DNA of 64,000 nucleotides from Strigamia acuminata (Eukaryota): NCBI GenBank assembly GCA_949358305.1, contig OX442314.1, positions 16,244,001 to 16,308,000 of the forward strand, read 5' to 3'. Shown piece by piece: positions 56,960 to 64,000 of this stretch (position 1 is its first letter; each line of letters starts with the position of its first letter). The notes under the pieces were generated by a model. It saw only the letters and a program-made list of their open reading frames with translations, ran no database searches and was not told where the DNA came from. The position numbers and the translations under genes were made by a program.

Positions 56960-58123
56960 ATGAAATACTTGCTAAGCCTCCAAGGTTTATTACTCTTTTT
57001 TAATTTCGTATTGAGTTTCAACAACTGTAAAAAAGAATATAAATTATGTCAACGCGATGTTGCTATTCGCCTTTATAGAAGTAATGAATGGAGAAACACA
57101 CCTCAGACTCTGACACTGGAATGCATTGATGACTTCTTTAGTTGCCATTTCGAAAACGTTTTACTTGCTTTGGAAGAAAAACGATATAAATTTAAATGTA
57201 AGTTTACCAAATTTAAAATTTTTCCTTTAGCCAAAGATATAAAGAAAATTTTTACTTCAGCCAACGATATAAAGAAAATTGTTCCATCTGCCGAATATGT
57301 GTTGAAAATTGTTCCATTTGCCAATGATATACCAGAAACTGTTCCATTTGCCAAGGATATATCAAAAACTGTTCCATTTGCCAAGGATATACCAAAAACT
57401 GTTCCATTTACCAAGGATATACCAAAAACTGTTCCATTTGCCAAGGATATACCAAAAACTGCCCCATTTACTAAGGATGTACCAAAAAATTTTCAATTTT
57501 CTAAGGATGAAACAAAAACTGTTCCATTTGAGTTGAATTACAGCAACTGCAAAAATGAATATAAATCATGTCAACGCAGCGTTATTCGTTTTTTCAGAAG
57601 TAACGAATGGAGAAGCACTTATCTGCCACTGGAATGCTATAATAACTTCTTTGATTGTTATTACGAAAATGTCTTGCTTTTGGCCGAAAAACAACCAGAA
57701 AAAAAGAAATTTAAGATAGGAGTGTTTTCTAATTTTTGGTTTAAAGCTTTCCCAGTAATCAAGCATGTAACGACAACTACTCCATCAGCCAAAGATGAAC
57801 CGACTACTTTTCCATCAACCAAAGATGAAACGACTCCTATTCCATCAGACAAAGATGACCCGACTACTTTACCATCAGCCAAAGATGTACCATCAAATGA
57901 AACAACTACTGTTAAATCAGCTGAAGATGTTACGACAAATTCGACAACTAATAATGTTGACAATTTTGCAATAACAGACGAATATCTTTTCGATACAACT
58001 ACAGGATCTGCTAGTGTTGATGATTTAGTGGCTAAAGACGAACATTTTACAGCTACACTTACAGAATATCCTGATGTTGGAAACGCCACAGTTTCGGATG
58101 AAAATGCTGTACCCATAGAATAA
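56960..58123 (+). CDS. Orphan secreted protein (387 aa): signal peptide, two 4-Cys domains, 10-aa repeats, Thr-rich tail
   Basis: MKYLLSLQGLLLFFNFVLS signal-like N-terminus; CKKEYKLCQR..RSNEWR..LECIDDFFSCHFENVLL repeated as CKNEYKSCQR..RSNEWR..LECYNNFFDCYYENVLL; 1164-bp uninterrupted ORF; AATAAA-type signals after the stop. Confidence 0.8.
   Translation: MKYLLSLQGLLLFFNFVLSFNNCKKEYKLCQRDVAIRLYRSNEWRNTPQTLTLECIDDFFSCHFENVLLALEEKRYKFKCKFTKFKIFPLAKDIKKIFTSANDIKKIVPSAEYVLKIVPFANDIPETVPFAKDISKTVPFAKDIPKTVPFTKDIPKTVPFAKDIPKTAPFTKDVPKNFQFSKDETKTVPFELNYSNCKNEYKSCQRSVIRFFRSNEWRSTYLPLECYNNFFDCYYENVLLLAEKQPEKKKFKIGVFSNFWFKAFPVIKHVTTTTPSAKDEPTTFPSTKDETTPIPSDKDDPTTLPSAKDVPSNETTTVKSAEDVTTNSTTNNVDNFAITDEYLFDTTTGSASVDDLVAKDEHFTATLTEYPDVGNATVSDENAVPIE
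57221..57530 (+). repeat. Coding minisatellite, 30-bp unit (gttccatttgccaaggatataccaaaaact), ~10 copies
   Basis: Encodes VPFAKDIPKT repeats. A diverged set (PSAKDEPTTF) follows at ~57781-57900. Confidence 0.9.
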
Positions 58124-58295
58124 AAATAAATTGATTTTTTCAAGTCTAAACAGCATAAATAATGTCTAAATATTTTGTCACTTTATTGAATTTAGTCATA
58201 AAATTTTAATAAAAAGTTGGAAAAGTGTTTCTAAAAATAACCGTTTTAGTTTGTATTATTTTTTAGTATAAAAATTCGTTCAGATGCTGGTAATA

Positions 58296-58374
58296 CAGAT
58301 TTCGTCAGAAAAATGTATACACACTTCCATAGAAAGTTTATAGCAGTGTGTATACATTTTTCTGGCGGACTCTG
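58296..58374. mobile_element. Tiny (79 bp) mariner-type MITE / hairpin
   Basis: TA-cagatttcgtcagaaaaatgtatacacact [19 bp] agtgtgtatacatttttctggcggactctg-TA; 30-bp TIR with 3 mismatches. Confidence 0.75.
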
Positions 58375-59821
58375 TACATATATATATTTATGTATATATC
58401 AGTACAGTTTACCGGTATATATCTTTTAAACAAACAATTATTTGTCTGTTGTAAGTATATGAATAACACAATTTGATCGTTGTCATCAGTCAGTGAAACA
58501 AACTGGGGAAAACCGCCACAATTTAAACGTGACAACAGAGGCATTTTTCTGAGTCGATAAGGCCAAGGCGAGGGCCAAGGTACTTAAAGAGGCACAAACA
58601 CGAGCACAGGATACCTCGAAAAGATTAATTCCGATAATTAGTTAGAACTCACTTGTGGCGACAACAAAATAAAAAAATACCTTGCGTTTTGAATAAAGAA
58701 ATTCGTATGAAATTTGCTGTGGCTACATGTGAGCTTTGCTGCTAAGCAATATCGAAGGTAGACTGCGGATGAGACATTGGAAATATCTCTTTCAAGCTCA
58801 CGAAGATGACTGCATCGAACGACCTTGACCATGACACTCAATCATAAGAAAATTTTAAGACTCAAAATCCTAACATTCGTTACATAATACGCTAGATATT
58901 TATGCATTATGTTACAAACTTTAGCGACTCACGTCAAAACGTTTGAGAAAATGCAGGAAAATGACATTTTCTTTATTAACTTTTCACAATTCCAATAAAA
59001 AAAATTTAAATAAGTTATTTTTTAATTTCCTCGTACCGGTATCGGTATTGACACATCAATTTAACCTTGGAATGTGTTACATCACATAACATGTCCTAGT
59101 CTATAGAAATGCGGCAATTTGAAATGGGGCACCAGACAGGCACGACTTAAAGCAGATGCTGCGGCCTCCTGCTTCTAAAGAGTCCCTTCCTGGTACACGT
59201 ATAAAATGCATGTTTTTGTCCGAAAATACATTTTCCGGTATGTTTGTCTGAAAATGCATTTTTTTTTTACAAGAAGATATATTATTTCACCAAAAAATGC
59301 ATTTATTTGCGTGAAAATACAATTTTTCCAGCTCAAAATGAATTTATTTCTCATAAAAATGCATTTTTCCGCCTAAAAGGCATTTTTTTTATTTTGTGAA
59401 GATATTATTTTTGAATATTTATGTAAATGTCTTCGAGTCTTTTTTTTCCAATCAATAATTTGGTAACAAAATTATACTTGTTATAATAGGTACCTTCTTT
59501 AATGGTCTCTCAACCTTGCATCAATTGACACGAACCGAAATGCATTAACAGATGGCGCCACGGTGTTCGGTGTTGTTTCAGGCGTAGAGCGCACGCACCA
59601 AGTGAAGTCAGCTGTAATGGCGTTTTGATCGTCGAAGTTATTCGCTGGCAGGAATTAAGATTTGCCCATGAGCAGTAGGTTCGCATGTGATGAATTCACT
59701 AACAATAAGACGATCATAACAGCTAGAAAAAAACGAACTAAAAATTGCTGTTAACAACATCCATCCAAATTTACGACATTAATTTTCATTTTTCTCTCCA
59801 TCCAGATAATACATAATCCAA

Positions 59822-61159
59822 ATGGGTAACACTGGTTCTGCTAGCCGTGAAAGACACAAGTCCGGAGACATTGGACCACCTTCAAGTCCAGGAAAAGATG
59901 GGCAAGCATTTGATTTTACGAAGAAAAATCGTTTTCTCTACCAGCCTTCCCTCGAAGATGGCGAGGCAGAGGGAAAAGTACGAGCAGCTCATTATATTTT
60001 TCTTCCTTTTATGGATGTAAATTCCATTTTTCAGGAGCAGTACGGTTCCGTAGCAGCAACAAGAGGAACCCCCACAGCTCCAGGAACAGTCTTCGATCCA
60101 AAAGCTTTACCAACTGTTTTCAAGTGGGATGGAGGTGGTAAACAGGTTTACATCAGTGGAAGTTTTAGCAATTGGAAATCCATTCCTATGGTGAAAAGGT
60201 TTGACAGCTAAGAAACGAAAATTCGAACGATTTATTCATTTGTTTGTTTTGTTTTAAACAGTCATGGAGATTTTGTCACAATATTAGACTTGCCTGAAGG
60301 TGAGCATCAATATAAATTTCAAGTTGATGGCCAATGGATGCACGACCCGGCAGTCGTATGTTGTTTTACGATCATGAGTTTGAGTTATATAGTTAGAATT
60401 TATCTTTTAGCGCACTACAGAGAACGATTTGGGAACGAAGAATAATATTGTAAATGTGAAAAGAGCCGATTTTGAAGTTTTTGATGCTCTTGCAATGGAT
60501 AGCATAAACGGTGATTTGATTTTATACAATTGTGAGTAATATTTTTAATGTGTTTGATTCTACTCCAGTTGAAAGTAAAAGAAGCAAAAAGATAGAAGCA
60601 GTATCTGGCTCTCCGCCCGGTGACTATAATCAAGAAGTACCTGAACGAAAGCCATCCGAAAAAAATACTGGACCGCCAATCCTTCCTCCACATTTATTAC
60701 AAGTTATTCTAAATAAAGATGTACCTGTTTCCGTAAGTTTGGAATCATCTTTAATCTTTTTTTTTTTATATAATTTATTTATTTCCTGCTTTTCTAGTGC
60801 GAACCAACACTTTTGCCAGAACCGAATCATGTTATGTTAAATCATTTGTACGCCTTATCCATTAAGGTAATAAATAATTTACTATAGGCGCATTCATAAA
60901 GTCATGTTTAACTTGCAGTCAAACATATTTTGTTGTTTAAATGTCATGCGCATGCCCAGTGCGACAGAAAACAGACCAAATCGAGAAAAGCATTTTAAAT
61001 TTGTATAGTCTAAATTACTTTATGAATGCACCTGCTGTTTATGCATAATTTATACAAATTATGGCTATTAAATATTTTCAGGACGGAGTTATGGTTTTGA
61101 GTGCCACTCACCGCTATCGTAAAAAATATGTTACAACTCTCTTATATAAACCGATCTGA
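59822..61159 (+). CDS. PRKAB1: 5'-AMP-activated protein kinase beta subunit, 7 coding exons
   Basis: Exons 59822-59977, 60035-60198, 60262-60355, 60411-60510, 60569-60732, 60798-60866, 61082-61159. Myristoylation start MGNTGS, CBM48 (PTVFKWDGGGKQVYISGSFSNW...KSHGDF...LPEGEHQYKFQVDGQW), PPILPPHLLQVILNKD, CEPTLLPEPNHVMLNHLYALSIKDGVMVLSATHRYRKKYVTTLLYKPI*. Confidence 0.97.
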
Positions 61160-61567
61160 AACTACTTGGAGGGAAATCATGAAATGTGGACTTTAAGAAA
61201 TGTAGTAGATGTGCACAGGGATTTATTCTAATATAAAATAAAAGAATATACATATATGTACATTAAAAAAAAAATTATTATTGTATTTTGAACAGGAATA
61301 TTATTCAGTGTCATTTTCAGTTAACTACTTATTTGAACCATGGATGTAGTTTATTTTAATGCGTGTAATAAAAATGCGATTCGGATAAATTTATTCTCAA
61401 TGCATGAGGGCACTAAGTTAATTCCGTCAGGGTTGAGGTTTCTGCCACCAGAGTTACTTCCTACATGGCGACTCAATTACAGGAACTCCCAGCGAATAAC
61501 CCAGCTTCGGTGACAATTTTCTCGAGCTGCTGATACATTAAGGTAAAAAGATAAACACATCCGAACG

Positions 61568-63790
61568 ATGCCCGTGTCTAAAGAAAGCAACATTGTGAAA
61601 ATCGCGGTCAAGTTAAGTGACGGGAACGCTCAGTTGATAGAATTTGATCAAAAACGACCATTAGCTGCCATTATTCAAGATCTGTGTAATGTGTGGACCC
61701 TTTCCGAACCCGAACAGTACTCGCTACAGTTCTCTGACACCGGTCAGAATTACATCACCGAGAAAAACCGAAACGAAATTAAAAACGGTAGTATACTCCG
61801 CCTCACACCATCGCCCACGAAAATCGCGGGAGAGATTTTAGACAAACTAAACTCAACAAGCAGCACGACGGACGAGAAAAAAGAAGCTTTAATTCAATTA
61901 GCCAAATTAGCCACGGATAACACTTTCTGCCTGGAGTTTGTCAACCAACAAGGATCCACGCTGCTTATTTCACTCATCGAAGATGGCGTATATTTGGGCG
62001 AGAGTTTATCCTACACATTGTCGGCCTTCGTTGAAATTATGGATCACGGAAACGTCTCGTGGGATAATTTAGAACCAAAGTTCATCAATAAAGTGGCCAG
62101 TTACGTCAACAACCCGGCCGCCAGTCTCACTCCGCGCACAGTTAAAGCATCGCTGTCCATTTTGGAAAGCCTGGTGTTGAACAGCAGCAAGAAATACACG
62201 TTGGTAGATCAGGAAGTCACTTTGCCCAATTTAATTATGCATTTGCAGTCGAGCGACGGAGAAATTCAGCAAAATGCCATCGCGTTGATCAATGCGCTGT
62301 TCCTCAAAGCGGACGAGAGCAAACGGAAAGCCATGGCGGGGACTTTGTCGTCCAGACAGATTCGAAACGTGATTTTGAACAGTATCATTCAAGGACCGCG
62401 AACCATCGGCGCCGAAATGGCGCATCAGTTATATGTGTTGCAGTCTCTGCTTTTGAATTTGCTCGAGGATCGCAAAATGACCAAGATGGACCCGCAAGAT
62501 TCCGACGACAGGGAGAAGATTTTGGAGTTAAGAAAGATTGCTTTCGATAACGACGACGCCCGGGACGTAACGTGTCGTCGGCCGGGCTACGCGAAAGATT
62601 ACAAGAAGTTGGGCTTTCAAAACCACGCCAATCCTGCGGAGGATTTTACCGAGTCGCCACCAGGGATGCTTGCTTTGGATAATATGATTTATTTCGCACG
62701 CTACCACGCCGATGCGTACACCAAAGTCGTTTTGGAGAATTCCTGTCGTTCCGACGACCACGAATGCCCGTTCGGAGAGACGAGCATCGGGCTGACTAAA
62801 TTGCTGTGCGAGATTTTGAAAATCGGCGAAGCACCGAGCGAACAAGGCCAAACGTTCTACCCAATGTTTTTCACTCACGATCATGCGTTCGAAGAGTTTT
62901 TTTGTATTTGTGTCATGTTACTCAATAAAACGTGGAAAGAAATGCGAGCAACTAAGGAAGATTTACGTAAAGTGTTTAGTGTGGTCAAAGAGCAAATATC
63001 CAGGGCGCTCTCCAACAGTGCCACGACTTTGGACAAGTTCAGGAGTGAGTTAAAAATAAATCGTATAAAATAAAATGAAATAATTGATTTTTTTTTAATT
63101 TAATATTTTGTAGATAAGCTGAATACATTGACGTACAGTGAAATAACGAATTTGTGGCAGCAGGAACGCACGAGCCGCGAAGAATGGGAATCTCAAGCAA
63201 GACCGATCGTTGAACTTCGTTGTCAGATCACTCCCGAAATTATGGAACTGATTCAACAACAGAGACTTGGTTATCTCGTCGACGGAACCATGTTCACTAA
63301 ATACACCAACAAGGGACAACGAATTAAGGACAAGTTTTGGTATTGCAGGCTTTCGCCTAATCACAAGACGCTGCATTACGGAGATTGCGAGGAAAACACT
63401 ACGCCAACGCTCGAGGAACTGTCGAATAACAAATTACCCGTCGTTGACATTAAAGCGTTGGTCACCGGCAAAGAATGTCCTCACATGAAGGATGTCAAAG
63501 GCAAAAAGTCAACATGGTCCCTCGCGTTTTCCTTGTTGTTGGATTCGGAGATGGACGCGTTGAATTTCGTGGCCCCCAATGAGAGAGTCTATGATTATTG
63601 GACAGACGGGATTAATGCGTTGCTGGGGAATCAAATGTCGAGCAAAGAGGCCAAAAGTGATTTGGAAACGCTTCTCAGCATGGATATCAAATTGAGGCTT
63701 TTGGATACCGAAGGTGTGAAAATACCTGAGGAACCTCCTTCCATTCCGAAGGATCCACCCAATTTCGATTTTTGCTACGACTTTAAATGA
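61568..63790 (+). CDS. ELMO: Engulfment and cell motility protein ELMO/CED-12 (717 aa, two exons)
   Basis: Exons 61568-63044 and 63114-63790 joined by A|gtgagt...tag|AT. N-terminal NIVKIAV RBD, ELMO domain (DYKKLGF..NPAEDF..PPGMLALDNM; FFCICVMLLNKTWKEMRAT), PH domain (KFWYCRLSPNHKTLHYGD) and C-terminal PPSIPKDPPNFDF proline-rich motif. Confidence 0.97.
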
Positions 63791-64000
63791 TTAATTTATA
63801 CGATAATGATAATTTATATTCCATTTATGCTTACAATTGTACAATTTATACGTTTTCCACGCAGGTAATTTTGTGTTTCACATCATACCAAAGATTATTT
63901 ATTGTTACAAATATTCGTAATAATGTATTGTATCTATGTATTTGTCAAATTAAATAAGTTCGGTAGATAATAAGAGATTTTATTGAGTAATTATTTAATT

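Noticed and set aside
57103..58143. Minus-strand and alternative-frame repetitive ORFs (57103-57444, 57309-57536, 57661-58143)
   Set aside because: By-products of the 30-bp coding repeat in the plus-strand secreted-protein gene.
59200..59390. Repeated aaaatgcatttt motifs upstream of AMPK beta
   Set aside because: Low-complexity degenerate repeats; no TIR, TSD or regular period could be established.
61466..61533. Upstream ORF before ELMO (MATQLQELP...)
   Set aside because: The ATG lies in a catggcg promoter-like motif and the TSS is unknown, so it cannot be shown to be in the mRNA.
62231..63488. ORFs overlapping ELMO
   Set aside because: Antisense or out-of-frame shadows of a GC-richer conserved CDS.

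Overview
AT-rich eukaryotic DNA, probably arthropod, with short (~55-75 nt) GT-AG introns. From left to right: (1) the first coding exon of an AKH/ACP/GnRH-family neuropeptide GPCR (minus strand; the rest of the gene is not seen); (2) a complete multi-exon kinesin light chain gene with alternative C-terminal exons (minus); (3) a ~36 kb head-to-tail array of ten apparently intact 9-exon SLC22-like MFS transporter genes (called A-J here) plus two pseudogene relics, all on the minus strand; (4) three orphan plus-strand ORFs (a Cys-rich single-pass microprotein candidate, a single-pass acidic-tail protein, and a secreted protein with a duplicated 4-Cys domain and 10-aa repeats); (5) AMPK beta subunit and (6) ELMO/CED-12, both on the plus strand. 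Several TA-flanked Tc1/mariner/pogo-type MITEs and Tc1 transposase relics are present, and four insertions can be confirmed against empty sites in paralogous array units. The most interesting object is the SLC22 array: every copy keeps a C-terminal acidic dileucine (ExxxLL, mostly ExxPLL) sorting signal, while predicted substrate-pocket helices TM4/TM7/TM10 vary, including a correlated charge swap. The array also shows chimeric copies, a conversion tract and an inverted promoter duplication. All assignments come from reading the sequence by eye; no database searches were run.
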